Assembly (NCBI GenBank): GCA_012026655.1 | Contig: JAAILG010001683.1 | Span: 1-63,085 of the forward strand | DNA length: 63,085 nucleotides | Direction of reading: 5' to 3' | Origin: Hydrolagus affinis | Taxonomy: Eukaryota | In this document: positions 1-13,030 of the stretch, one piece after another | How the letters are laid out: each line of letters starts with the position of its first letter | How positions within the stretch are numbered: position 1 is the first letter of the stretch | Made by a program: the position numbers and the translations under genes | Notes under the pieces: generated by a model | What the model was told of the DNA's origin: nothing | The model's input: only the letters and a program-made list of their open reading frames with translations | Database searches by the model: none

Positions 1-44
1 GAACTTTTCGACCTCCCCTACGTGTTTCACCCCTTCCCGAACAC

Positions 45-139
45 TCCCCTCCCAGCTCGGGTCACACGCCTCCTGTGCAGCGCCTTGGGACGTCCTCCCG
101 ACGTGAAAGGCGCTTTATAAGTTTAAATTGTTGTTGTTC
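45..139 (+). mobile_element. Short retroposon family B (L2-type 3' end, (TTG)n tail)
   Basis: ccagctcgggtc...gcgccttgggacgtcctcccgacgtgaaaggcgct...ttgttgttg. Confidence 0.8.
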
Positions 140-482
140 ACAGTTTTGAACAAAAAGGATGCCATTGAAAGTTGAACGGTGATGAATGATGAGTGCTGCA
201 CTTGAAGAGAGTTATCTAATGCTAACTCTTTATATTGGAAAACCTCATTGAAGGAAATATGGGAGATAATAAATGAGCATAGCATTCTGCTTGTCACAGG
301 CGCCATCAGGAATCTAGATTTCAATCATTTTCACATAACGTCTTGGGATGGTAAACAAAAGCTATACTTACATCAGATGCACTCAATTCCTACAAATAAA
401 ATTGTCTATTGGAGCTCTTGACCATTAGCTGATGGTAAATACCGTGATGAGTTTACATTGCCACATTTTTGTTTCAACACAG

Positions 483-514
483 GAATGTGTAAACAAATTG
501 CGGTGAAGACAGCT
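483..514 (+). CDS. Candidate 32-nt internal exon of an unidentified plus-strand gene (xMCKQIAVKTA)
   Basis: Acceptor catttttgtttcaacacag| and strong donor |GTAAGT. Joins in frame to 1085-1168. No homology recognised. Confidence 0.35.
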
Positions 515-778
515 GTAAGTTTATTTCTACCTAGTTAGCACTGAGGATTCTTACCAAAAGCAAGTTAAATATGTTGAATTGTTGGAGTTGTATTGGATAT
601 TGTTATTTACTTAACAGCCAGTTTGACCGTGTAATTTTAACTGCTAGATTTGATTTTATTGCCCGTGATTTATCTAAACTACATTTTTATTTAGAACAAC
701 AGAATGATACAATTGGTTGCAAAGTAATTTTTTGGAAATTGTAACTTTAACATTTATTTAAAGTTTACTTTCAACAAA

Positions 779-900
779 TAACAACAACAATAACAAAATT
801 ACACATGTATAGCGCCTTTCATGTCAGGAGGACGTCCCAAGACGCTGGACAGTCACTATTTCAGACCCAAGCTGGGGACAGGGGGGTGGGTGAGGGAAGG
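779..900 (-). mobile_element. Retroposon family B
   Basis: Reverse complement of the same core with a (CAA)n tail. Confidence 0.85.
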
Positions 901-1084
901 GTGGATTATGAGATAAGAAACGCTGATAAGTAAAAAATCACCAGAGTCAGATACCTGACTGACTTAAGAATTACATTTCAATTTCAAGACATGGAGCTTA
1001 CTGATAAAGGATGGGGAAATCATATCTTCAAACCTGTTAAAGTAAATCGAAGGGTTTTGAAATGTTTTTGATATGTAACTTTAG

Positions 1085-1168
1085 CAGAAACTTCAGACCT
1101 TTGCCATAGAGAATGGTGGTACGCGTCTAGGTGAAATCCGTGAAGAGAACCCAAATAGCCTAAAGTAG
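1085..1168 (+). CDS. Candidate terminal coding exon of the same unidentified gene (QKLQTFAIENGGTRLGEIREENPNSLK*)
   Basis: Tandem NAGNAG acceptor tttagCAG, open frame ending in TAG TAA, followed by AT-rich UTR-like sequence with several AATAAA. Confidence 0.3.
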   Translation, partial: QKLQTFAIENGGTRLGEIREENPNSLK

Positions 1169-2789
1169 TAATCAAAATCTCCTGTGATTGTGCACATTTA
1201 ACAAAGCCTCATGCAATGCAAAAGGGTCTTCAGCCTTTTGGTCAGTGCTTGGCTTTGTTTTCAAAAGAATAGTTTGAAACCTCATCCTCTCTGATGCTTC
1301 CCTGAGAGAGCGTGGGACTGTCCTAAAGTGTTGACAAGCAGGAGCTCCAGCTGTCAGTAACTTTACATCTTGCTCAAAAGAGACCTGTGCTTTTTTTTTC
1401 ACTGGGGTCATACCCTTCTTTGTTAATAGAACTACTGGTTTCCATTTAACAGGGTCTGGTAAGAGACACTGCCATTTTTACTAAGCAAAAACATCTTGAA
1501 ATAGAGCTTCTGATAACTGATAACATTTCAAAGATTTTTGTTAAAAAAAACACAGCAGACCCGAAAGAAAACCAATTCCTTTGAAAATCATTGTGTTGAG
1601 ATCTTATCCACTGAGCCAAGATTGATTGTTCACTTAAATGTCATGCGCTGCGTTACAAAGATTTGTTTTTACTAATTGTAATATTGCTAGGAAAAGGCAT
1701 CAGCAAAATGTATTTCAAGTGTTGTATTGTTTAAAAATAGAACATTGTTAATATTAGTTATTAATATTTCTTCCTTGCTCCTATTACTTGTTGCTGTGTT
1801 TATACCATCAGTATAGATTCTACATTTTGATGTTCAACAATTCAATTGCTTTTCCTTTTTTAAAAAAAATCTTACCCTCCCTCAGTGCTCAAGTCAGCTC
1901 GTTGACATAATCAGTGGGACGCAAAGTGATCTCAGCTTGTTTGCGTTTAATCTAGCTAGACCTCATATATTACAGACTGTGTTTTCCTTAGTGATTCCAA
2001 TGGCCACTTTGATAGTCCTTTTTGTGCATTCATTCTTGATAACCACCTCTTTCCCTATTCCTCCACCCACCCACCGCACCCAGCTAAATGTATTTAGTTC
2101 AACCACATTCAAATAGGATAACGTTAGGCCTGGCTCAGTTTTCTCTCCAAATAGTTATATTTGGCTGCACAAGGATAATGTGCTGTAATGTAAATAATTT
2201 GAGTTGATGATAGTTTTGCAGTTAGATCTGTATTTACAAGATAACTCATCAATCACATGGGTCTTCAGACATTAGACTCGAATAAATTAGATATGAACAG
2301 TTAAAATAAACAGTTTAGTACAGTGTTTAATTCTGGACAGCAGCCATCAATCGCTGCAATTACAGAAATGACCTGTATCTGTCAAAACAGACATGTCATC
2401 AACAGAAATTGTGGTACAGTAGTAGAAGTGTGAAATATGCATGAAAATCATGTCTTACGTTTTTTTTTAATCTTTAAAGCCCAAGCTGAGAAACACTGAA
2501 AATAATTGAACTATTTGTGTGTGTGTGTGGCTTTTAGATTGTTCAGAAGTTTTAATTCTGGCTCTTCAATCCTGGGCTAATTGCTATTTTCTGACTAAAT
2601 TCTACAATGCTGCACTCCTGGCTCATTTGGACAATTTAAGCAGCTCTTGGTTCTGATTTCAAATTAATGAATTACTTAATTAACCACAGTTGGTGTGATC
2701 TCAAGCAGCAGTTTGGATTAGTAACACTTGGGGTGTGGGTGAGTCTTGTCAACAGTTGAGCGAGGCAATCACATAATTAACTTGGCTAT

Positions 2790-2843
2790 TTGATGCCTCC
2801 CGACGTGAAAGATGCTATACAAATGAAATTGTGTTGTTGTTGT
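2790..2843 (+). mobile_element. Retroposon family B, 3' fragment
   Basis: cctcccgacgtgaaagatgctatacaaat...ttgttgttg. Confidence 0.7.
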
Positions 2844-3004
2844 TAAAATATGCCTTTAATCCAGGGAGTCCAAAAACATGACACTAAATTGTTTTGTGAC
2901 CACTCACAATCCAATGCTTCAGTCTGCAACTCTGTCCACATGGTTCAAACAAAGAAAACATGGCTTCTGAAACATTAAAATCCATTAAGATCCACTGACA
3001 AGGC

Positions 3005-3068
3005 TTCAGTGCTTTGGGACATCCTCCTGACGTGGATGGCGCTCTGCAGATGTAATTTTGCTGTGTTA
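3005..3068 (+). mobile_element. Retroposon family B, 3' fragment
   Basis: gctttgggacatcctcctgacgtggatggcgct. Confidence 0.65.
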
Positions 3069-6000
3069 TTAGGTGGTAAGTGGTTTTAAACAAATATATA
3101 TTCAAAAAGAAAGTTCTGGACTTCTGATATATTGCCTATTAATTGAATATTGGGGTTTGATGCCAAAGAGATTTCCTTGGATTGTGTCCATTCCTTATCA
3201 CTGGCATCAATGGATTTGGTTTATTTGGTTCTATTTTGCCTGAATCCATATGATAGCGTAGAGCTGCAATTTTTGCTTTTGTTTTCAAAATAGCACTAAT
3301 AGTGATCCGATAATTCAGTAACTGTGGGGATTTCAGCGATTGGCAATTGTCACTTTCAGCATTTGATCAATTTGTGAACCATACTGAATGTTGTATTTCA
3401 CGAGTAATTCAATATTTTGGAAACCTCATTGTTTAAGGGTGACGGAGAAATACAGCAAGACAGCAGACATCAATTTACCTGTTGTAACAGTTAAGCTTTT
3501 GGAAATTTTCCATAACTTTACAAACAGTCATTATAAATAAATGCAATTGGCATAATTTGTCCATTCTGTCATTCGTTGCCTGAAGCAGATTTTAACTGAA
3601 CAGTGGATTAATTTTTTTTCTTCCTTGTAATTTAATCTGGCGCCAATACAATTCAGTAAAATAATATTTACAAACATATCTGTTGCTAACTCCTATTGCT
3701 TTCAACACCATCTCATTCCTCCCAATTTTGTTATAAATATTAACAGTATTGGTACTTAAAGATTTGCGTTGGCATGAGTTACTGTTTAGTGCTCTTAGGT
3801 TTATTTGTGTTCATTTTTTTTCCAAGCTGCTTTCATATTGCTTCCCTGTAATATTATTAGTAGAAAATGTGTTACAATACAATGATTTTTTTTACGAATA
3901 AATCAAGGTGTGAATCAAGTTTTTAATAAGTTTCAACATTTATTTGAAACAGTTTAGAGACTGCAACTTGCATACTGATTCACAGAGTAGGATCAATAGT
4001 TTTAAGGTCAGATACTATTTTATTGAGTTGAGTGTTATCTGGAAGGAGGTAGAGAGGTGCAGGTTTAAACCTTAGAAACTTTATTATCTGCAGGTGGTCT
4101 CTGTTCAGTAACAGCCAATTGTTGCTGAATTGTGCTTCATTTTGTGTTGTGTGCTCATCGCTCTTTCTGTTTTTGCTGTCTTTTGAAAGGACAACTTTGT
4201 TTAGATATTGTTTTACATTTATTAATGTAGAAGCAGCAAGACAAAATCCTGATCCTGAATAATCTTTGTTGTTACACAATATTAAATGGCATTAATAGGA
4301 CATTGCATTTTCTTTTACCACTCCACATTTTACTTTACCTCTCTTTGTCTCTCTCTCGCTCTCTCTCTTGAAGAGCACTATCTTCAGTAATATCTGGTCT
4401 GTATGGCATGCTGCTATACTGGACAGTATATTTTCCCTCAAGGCTATTGGAGGACTTGTATTTCGGTAACATGCTTATTTATAGTACGTTTAGCCACAGC
4501 ATTCCAGTTTAAATAAAACTACAGTATTTTGCTACAGTCCACCCTTGTGTATTGTGTTCACGTCTCTGCCAAATAGTGTTTTCCAACCTAGAAATGATAG
4601 TCATGAAATCCACACTAATTGGTTTAGTGTATGATCACCGAGGACACAAAACTCCCCATTAATTCAATCAGACTTGAGTATTGTTTTACAGACTCCCAAC
4701 AATTTTGGTATATTACTGCCAGGGCCAACGGAAAAGTGGTGGCGGCAATTTTTCCTCAGTATCTGCTGTAAATAGATATTGGCCCAGATTTTCGCCCATT
4801 TACGAACATTTGCTGCAGCTGAAATAACTTGCCTCTGTTTTTCTGGTATCACTATCAGATTATGGGGCCTTGTGGATCTCCAGACTTATTGTTTTCCAAT
4901 TAAGAAATTTCTAATAGCCATTTACATAGTGGCTGTTTTCTTTAACTTCATCTACTCCCCTCGCTCCCAATTACTGTTTTATTGCATGTAAAGTGCTTCT
5001 AAGCTTACCCAGTAAAGTCTGCAAAACTGTATTTTTTACATTCCTTCTTGCTTATGGGTAGCCTTCTGGGTGAGCTCAATCTCTAAAATTTAAGATGAGT
5101 CAGGAACATTATGTAATTTTTAATCTATAATGGAATTTTTATTACTGGACTGTCCATTTTTAATGTTAAGAATTTACATGATTATTCTCTTTTAATACTG
5201 TTGGAGAGATGAGATTTACATTTCGTTGGTCTGAGTTGGAATTGAACAGATATTTCAAAGCTTAACCTTCTAAACCTTCATATTTATGTGGTTAGGTAAA
5301 GTTCTTTGGTCTTGATGCCTTTCTACACATTTATTATTTAACTGTATAGAGCACTTTAGGATAAGTAATGCATCATTGAATATTTCTGAGACTGATCCCA
5401 AATTTTATACATCTCATCAAAATGAATCTGCTTAGTAAGGTAGTCCTACTTCAATAGAAGCAAATATCAAATACTTTTAATACTGTAAAAAAAATGCTTA
5501 CTGGGTTTGATGAAATTAGAATTTTAAAATTTGTCTGAGGACCATTCTTGGGTTTAAAAATTGCTTTTTATTCCACCTCATCTCACCTATGTTGGACACT
5601 AGGAGGGCACTAAGTTTTGATCAATTTAATTGTATTGGCTTCCAGGTCAATGTACATGTTTTAGGTTTCATGATTTGGGAATATGTACTGTGTGATTTAT
5701 GTATTTACTTTGATCATGTGTAAAAGGTAACATTGTTATGAAGGGCATGCTTGGAGGTAGTTTCATTAAACGAACTGCTTCTACTTCCATAAGCGATTAC
5801 AACTTATGTTCTGTAGTGCTTTCACATTTGTGTCACTGAAAAGCAAAGATTATCATCATTACTGGTGTCAAAACACCTTGCTGTTATAAAGCTGCAGTAC
5901 TGCTTTTGTCTGTTAGAGGGAGCTTTACTTACTAATAGAAGAGGATATGATTTCCCCTATACAATAAACACTATATCAATAATCCACAAATACCTAAGTT

Positions 6001-6714
6001 ATTAGGAGTATAAGAACAACATAGGACATTCGTGCTTTCTTTCTATAGATAAAAGGAATGTGCCATTATGTAGAAAAACTTTTTTGATTTGTGGGTTTGA
6101 ACTACTTGTATACATATTCAATAGACATAGAAATCCATACAGCACGAGTTGCGAAAATTCTTTCCTTATGCCTCCACGCGGAGGAGAGCAACTATAGTTC
6201 AGGATTGAAAAGAGTTAATGTGTGTGTTGGGGTGGGGGGAGAGTCAAACAAGTTCATAAGTTCACTTGGTGATAGAATCACTCTTGTTTGAGATTGTGAT
6301 TAATTAGGTCCAGGCGGCTTATGTTTTTTTGGCCTCTTGAGAACCGTATGCAAGCTAATTTAGCACAATCTTTAACAGAGAATCCATTCTTCAGTCAAAT
6401 ACAGATGAATGTAACATACAGTAGAAGGCAGTGAGTGGTTTAGCTAATCAATTAATCTACCTAAAACCTATATATTTTTCTTTGCTGTAAATTTATGTAC
6501 ATGTTCTTGCAGTGGTGTAGGAAGATTGCCATGAAGAAGTCGATGTTAAAACTGATCCTGATCAACAACAACTGGTGTTTATATAGCGCCCCTCATGCAG
6601 GATAGCGTCCCCCAGCACTTCAGATTTTTTTTAAAATCATCTAAAATTTATGTTGAATTCTATCACTGTTCCTTGATAGTTTTTTTTACTACCTTTCTCA
6701 AGCAGCTGTTGATG

Positions 6715-7118
6715 TTCGAGTCTAGACAGCTGGTGTCTAGAGAATATTCCATGTGGAAAACATGTTAGCAAGAGAATCGAGGGCGAAAGGCCATACTCTT
6801 AAACTTGAGGCTAAACCATTCAAAAGTAAAATAAGGACACCTTTTTCTCCACACAAAGGGTGGCATGAGTGTGGAATTCACTCCCGCAGAGGACAGTGGA
6901 GGCAGAGTCAATTGAAAAATTTAAAAGGCAAATGCTATTTGCCTTTTAACTTTATTTTCAATAGAATTGAAAGGCAAATACTTGATGGACAGGGTTGTCA
7001 AGGAATGTGGAGAGAGAGCGGCGAGGTGGAATTGAGTTGCGATTCAGCCACGGTCTTGGAAAATGGTAGGAAAGGTTTGATGGGCTAAATGACCTTTGTC
7101 TGTTCTGATGTTTCTATT
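6715..7118 (+). mobile_element. CR1-clade LINE 3' end (decayed ORF2 C-terminus and 3' UTR)
   Basis: Frameshifted SRAKGHTLKL...KIR..F.TQRV..VWNSLP matches the CR1 ORF2 terminal motif. 3' end atgggctaaatgacct...ttctat. Confidence 0.8.
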
Positions 7119-10100
7119 ACAGCTGAGCTCGATCCTACTTTCCATTGACATCCACCAGAGCACTCTCCATGTCATCTTTTATTTGATCAGTCTCTTGTGA
7201 ATTAGACGAACCAATAGATTTCTGTGAACTATATGGTGCATCAATTTTTTTTAATGGCAATTTATTCCACCTGAAGCTCCAGACCATCCTTTGTGAGTTT
7301 CTCCATATCCTAGAAAATGTGTCCTCAATGAACTGCCAGAGTTCATGATAATAATTGGGCTGGGAACAGATACATTTATCATCTGAGAAGAAATTCAGGA
7401 TGGAGTGCGTGGGTAGCTGGTCTTCCAATGTATACAAGTGATACAATACGCGGTTGGCAAACTTAAGGCCCTCTGATTTCCTATGGGAGCGTCAGGTTTC
7501 AAATACTGAGTGTTTTTTTTTCTCCTTAACTCTAAATAGAGTATTCTGAATCTTACTTAAGTCTGGAATTTTAAGCAGAACCATATTTAATGTGTAACCG
7601 AACCCAGGGCTATCATTTTTTGTATGGTTTTATATGATATAGGGGTTCTTAAAGTAGGTAAGATTGAATGTTAAACATAATCCTTTTCATGAGGTTTGGA
7701 TGGAATATGTGATACAATTTAAGCAATCAAATAACTTATTTCCACAAAACACATGATACGTTCTAAGCACTTCACTCGTTTGTGCATGATGTGAGACATG
7801 ATGATTCTACAGGTTTGTTCCTTACACAACATTACAATTTCAAACCGATTTTTAGTTTTTTTTAAAGAAAAAGACACATTCTCAACGTGGCGGAGTGAGC
7901 CCACTTCATTGTGTTGGTATTGAAAACCTTTCTAAGGTGCACAGTCTCTTATCCTTCATAACAGAGGCGAGGCCTCGACAGACCTCCTTCTAATAACTTG
8001 TCTGAATCTGAGGGCAGAGTCTCTGCTTGTCTCCCAGACTGAATGTCGTGCCACGTGAATAAGGCAATTTTTATAAAGCGCCTTTAGGGCACCGACAGAT
8101 GAAATTCAATCAGCAACAAACTTCCTTGACTGGTCTGAGTGTTACTTTAAATGAATGCATTTGCTTAGCAGATCCAAATCAAAATCCAATACTGTATTTG
8201 CATTGCTGGGGGGAGGGGGGAAGCTAATAGTTCACAACAACAACTTGCACTTATCTAGTGAAGAATAGCATCTCAGAATGCTTATGTTTAACGTAAGTTT
8301 AAATTACAGCTTGGGGGGAGCACATAGTCTGAAAATCACTGCTGCTGAAACCACCTCTTTCAGGTGATGGCAGGATAAGAATTCCAATTGGATTTGCACA
8401 AACTTAATGCTGATTAATACTCTACATTTCAAAGCAAATTGCAATGATTTACCACCCACCGTAAAGTGTAACTTCAGTATTAAAAATTTGGAGCTTGGTA
8501 ATTTTACAAAGTGAAGTTGTAAGTTGGTTTAGTGTAATTCCCCTTATACCCGAACACATGCTGAAGTTTCATACTGTATATAATTAGGCTTCTACCAGTG
8601 AATAAGCATATTTGATAAAAGTGCTTAATTGATTTCCTACTGGGGTGTTTCTTTACTAATAATTCTTAAATACTGAATGTTAAGAATTTTCCATCTAGCT
8701 GATAAGGTCTGCCACAGGACTCACTGCTTTCCCTATCCTGTTCCTAGTTTTATGTTATATAAAAAAGAGTGTAATTTTAAATGATCATCGATCGCATGTA
8801 CTCTCAGCTCCTCAAGGTGAAGAACATCAGTGCCTGAGACTGGAAACAGTGAGAATATGAAGTCCACCCAGGCCAAAAATAATAACACGGTCAAATTGAG
8901 GGTAAATCTCCGGTTAGTGATTTTAATGATGTGGCTTGTTCCTCAACTTCTACAGAGATACCTGCTGCGTCACTAATGTGATTTTTTTTCACCCACTCCC
9001 CGTACCAAAAATCTTTAAGGACTCTCCAAATCAAATCCTATTTCTGCTAGATAGGAGGAGGTTCTGTGCTGTGGTCTTCCATTCACTAGAAACAGATGAA
9101 ACTGTGCAAAGTCCAAAGCACAGATTTTCTTGCTCAGGTTCTTTCGAAGAGGTGAACATATACTTAACCTGCTGTGCGACCCTGCCTCACGTTTGGTTCT
9201 ATAGTTAGCATCAGTGGAACTTCATGGGTAACTTCACAAATAGGGGGAGAGAAACTCTGAAGCTCTTTATCTTCCCCGAGTAAATATTTCTGGTTCTATT
9301 TCAAGTTGGGTCCGTCTTTCATCCCGCCCACAGATTCCATCTTTCACCTTCTTCTGTCTGGTCTCAATTTTGTCTGGACCTTTGTCGTCTGAAATATTGT
9401 TAGAGAGCTTATGCTTCAGAAGGCGAATGTCATTTTCATCAGAATCCAATAAAGTCCTGCCACTGGCATGACAAAATACTGCTACTGACTGTAGCTTGAG
9501 GATCGTCTAGACTTGGAAAATAGGCATTAAGAGTGCTGCAGGTTCAGGCGCGTGGATTTTTACACAGAGATAACTTGCTATTCCTGGGGATATGTGCTAC
9601 TGCAAGACGTTTTGCTGGCTTGGGGGTTAGACTACTCTACACCTTTTGTGTGTCGTGGGAGTATCTTGTGTTTTCCACACCTAGAGCTACTTTATTGGTG
9701 TGTAGCCATGCTTCAGTCATTTATTTTTTGTTGCTGCTCCCAGACGGAATGAATTGCCGTGTAATGAACAAGGGAAACTGAGCACATACGGCAGACGCTC
9801 AATTTCAAAAGTGTCACTCGGCTGCTATGAAACACAAGTAATTCTTTCATACCAGACTAAACAAGAATTACATAGATCTGCTAGCAGCTAAATCAACAAT
9901 GACTGAATTGTCAAGTGTGTATCTTTCACATCAAGCAAAACCAAATCACAGCAATATATTCCCAAATTATTAACGTAAGTGCCACTACTGAGTAATCCAC
10001 CTGTTGCTGTAGGATAATATATTTACATTTTGATAACTTGGGTTAATTGTTTGCTTTCTCCGAGCACTGCTTCACGGATTATTTTCAGAATCGATAGCCC

Positions 10101-10528
10101 GGGTTGCCTAAGGTGGATCAAAACTTGCGTGAATATATTTAGATTGAATCTCCTCACCAGTCTCCTCTGCTTGGCTCACACATTTTCACACTTATCCTGA
10201 TCCAATGCCTCACGAGAGCTCAAGGAAAATTACAACTTGTATTCATATAGCACCCTTTTTGTGTGGGGCAAAGTGATGTGTTGGGGTGGGGGGAGTTAAG
10301 GGATATTCATAAATGTTGTAAATCAGACAATAAATTATGGAAATCAACATTGTGTCAGCTCCTCTTATGTAAGGCTTTGCCATACATGCTCAGACCAGCC
10401 ACAGTTACTCAATAACTGGTGCAGAGCAAGAGTCCTAACCTATTGGCATATTTCCCCTGGTTGGACTGTAACATTTATTGTTTGTGTAATTCTCTTACTT
10501 CTAGTGGTGATAATTCTTCCGTTGACTA

Positions 10529-10571
10529 TCTCTCTCTCTCTCTCTCTTTCACACACACACACACACACACA
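10529..10571. repeat. Compound (TC)n(CA)n microsatellite
   Basis: Seen directly. Confidence 0.9.
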
Positions 10572-11693
10572 TGCTCTCTCTTACACACTGCCACCTCCCC
10601 CCTTCTCCGCGCACACTCACACACACAGACATACACCAAAAAAAAACAACCCTCTCTTCCCTTTATCTTGATTGCCAAAATTTATACCTCGTCTGAGAGT
10701 GTCACAATGTTTAGTCAACTCTTGGCAACACCAAGCTCAATCGATTAATACAGAGTTTGGATTGTGTTTCAACAGAAGATAGAGGTGTAGCTGTGCAGAT
10801 TTGTTTGCTTTATAGAGAGCTGCCTATACTGCAGCCATCCTGTTGCTCTTGTTTCTGTGATTTTGAGCTATGAGTGCACACAGACTGAAGTCTTTGACAC
10901 TTTGAAGGTGGGCGTCTAATCTACCAAACGAATGAAGGTGATTAATAACGACAAGCAAACAAAGAATTGGCTGTGGGACAAAAATGTTAATTGAAGGTTA
11001 GGTTCCAGCATTTCGAATCTTTAGCGCATTGCACAATAAACAATTAACATTTACAGCCAGCAAACAGGCTGAAACCAACAAATAAAGCCCTTACCCAAAA
11101 GGAATTTGAGTTCAATGTCCACATAAAATTATCACCACTGCTAGCTCCATTTGCCTTATCATTAATTAAGATTGCGAATGAGCTAAACGAGAGCACCTTG
11201 GAAAAGTTCAACACACAACCTTTTCAGAAACGCAGAAAGGCCAACAAAACCCTTCCTTTTTGACTGGTGCGACCTCAACTTGCGTATTGTCTCACCGTAT
11301 CCTGTAATCCTTTTTTCCTTTCCGGAACCCTATCTATTCGTCTCTTGAGGCCCACTCACGCAGTTCAATTCACTGACCTTCTTTGCCAACCGGATCTACA
11401 AGTCTAGGCAAAAACTCTTCGTCCAATTACCGTTTGCATTCAATTTTCAACCCGTCTCCTGCTACCTGAAACCTTAGTCACAGGAAAGAATTTGCTGGGA
11501 TCGACGATACCGATCCCCTTCGTAATCGTGACATTCCACATTTCATTTCAAAAATCGACTTGTCTCGTGCGTGCCGCCAAAAAGCCATTTCAAGTGCTAT
11601 CAAACTGGCAAGTCATGGAGGCAATTACCACATGATACAACTTGCACAGCTTTTTGCTGGTAACTCCTCACAGTCAAGCACTGGATTCTGAGG

Positions 11694-11844
11694 AATAATA
11701 ATGACAAGCTTTGCATATGTTATAGCACCCTATCGTGTCTTAGCGACACCTCAAAACGCCTCACGGAATATAATATAATGTAACGTGAATTTCACAGAAT
11801 ATACATACTGTAAAGTGAATTGACTGAATATTTTTGTGGGCAAA
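11694..11844 (-). mobile_element. SINE family A, degenerate 3' fragment
   Basis: Matches the shared cacagaatatactgtaaagtgaattgactg segment. Confidence 0.7.
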
Positions 11845-13030
11845 ATATTATTGATTCCTGTTCCTGTAGAAATCCAGTCACTTTACCGAAGGCAGACCAC
11901 AATGTCCCTCAGTCATGATGTGAATGACCCATTTTATCTGGGTGGGGGGGATCCAGAACCTTAATCATTCTGTCACAAAAAATAATATTACAGCATTTTT
12001 GGGTTACCGATTTAATTGTGGCTTTGTTGGTGTCTGTGTGGCCTTCAGCGGCAAAGTAAATATTCTCAGTTGTCAAATTATCAGAGGGACTAGCAACGAT
12101 CTGATTAACTGTAAGGACCCCCTCTGTTTGACTGGGTGAGCTCTGGTAGTTGGTATACACAACACACACACACACACATGCCAAACAGCTGCACGCCAAC
12201 AATTCTCAGGGGCACTGTCTAATTTGTTGAATTACAGGGATTGTGCTTGGCAATAAGAAAGGCCTGTTACAGCAGCTCATGTTGAAAATTGTACTCCTGA
12301 TGCCTTCCACATGCTGTTGTTTTTGCTTCAGTCCGTTCGGCGGCTGTTTAATTGAACTTCCATCCGGTCACCGAAGGAAGCCAAACCCCTGAGCTGAAAG
12401 GACCTACCTGCGTTTACCTGATTAGTTTATTTTCATTGGGACTTTCTGACTTGAGTGTCGCCAGTGTGACTGGACCACAATAGCAGGAAAGAAGACAGGT
12501 TCCTTCCTCCCAGTCGCTCGCCAGCAGTTGAGTTTGGAGAGATCGCAGCCAGTATATTCACTCGGTTGATATACTCTTATAGCACTGCCTGCCTACCTAA
12601 ATGTTGAATTTAGATCCATGTTTAAGCTTTAGTGATGGAATAATAAGGGAGTTGGAACATGAGTCACTTGACTAAATTACCTTTACCCTGCAATTACTTT
12701 GAATTGCAACCAGCATTTTGATGTTGGTTTTGCATTATGGTAATTCGTGGCTGCAATGATCATAAAATCTGCTTCTTTTGGGATTCTTTAATGAAAAATC
12801 TGGATATTGTTTAGTACAAATGGGAGTATTCTGCAGAGTTTAATCAAAAATAAATGTTTGAGACAGAAAAACAGGTTATCACAGTTTGAACAGCCAGACG
12901 GCAAGCTGTGCCCTAACCCAACACATACAATAAACTTTGCATTTTATATACCCCGGTTTATGTTGGGAGGATGTCTCAAAACAATACTCAGGATTTACTG
13001 TGAAGTGTAGTGACTGGGTAGGTGAACATC

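Noticed and set aside
6753-7088. 111-aa plus-strand ORF
   Set aside because: Decayed, frameshifted CR1 ORF2 end.
9267-9320. Neuropeptide-like RR...GR* ending in ORF 9267..9449
   Set aside because: No signal peptide or ATG in the frame and no known peptide family match; kept only as part of the broken-ORF finding.
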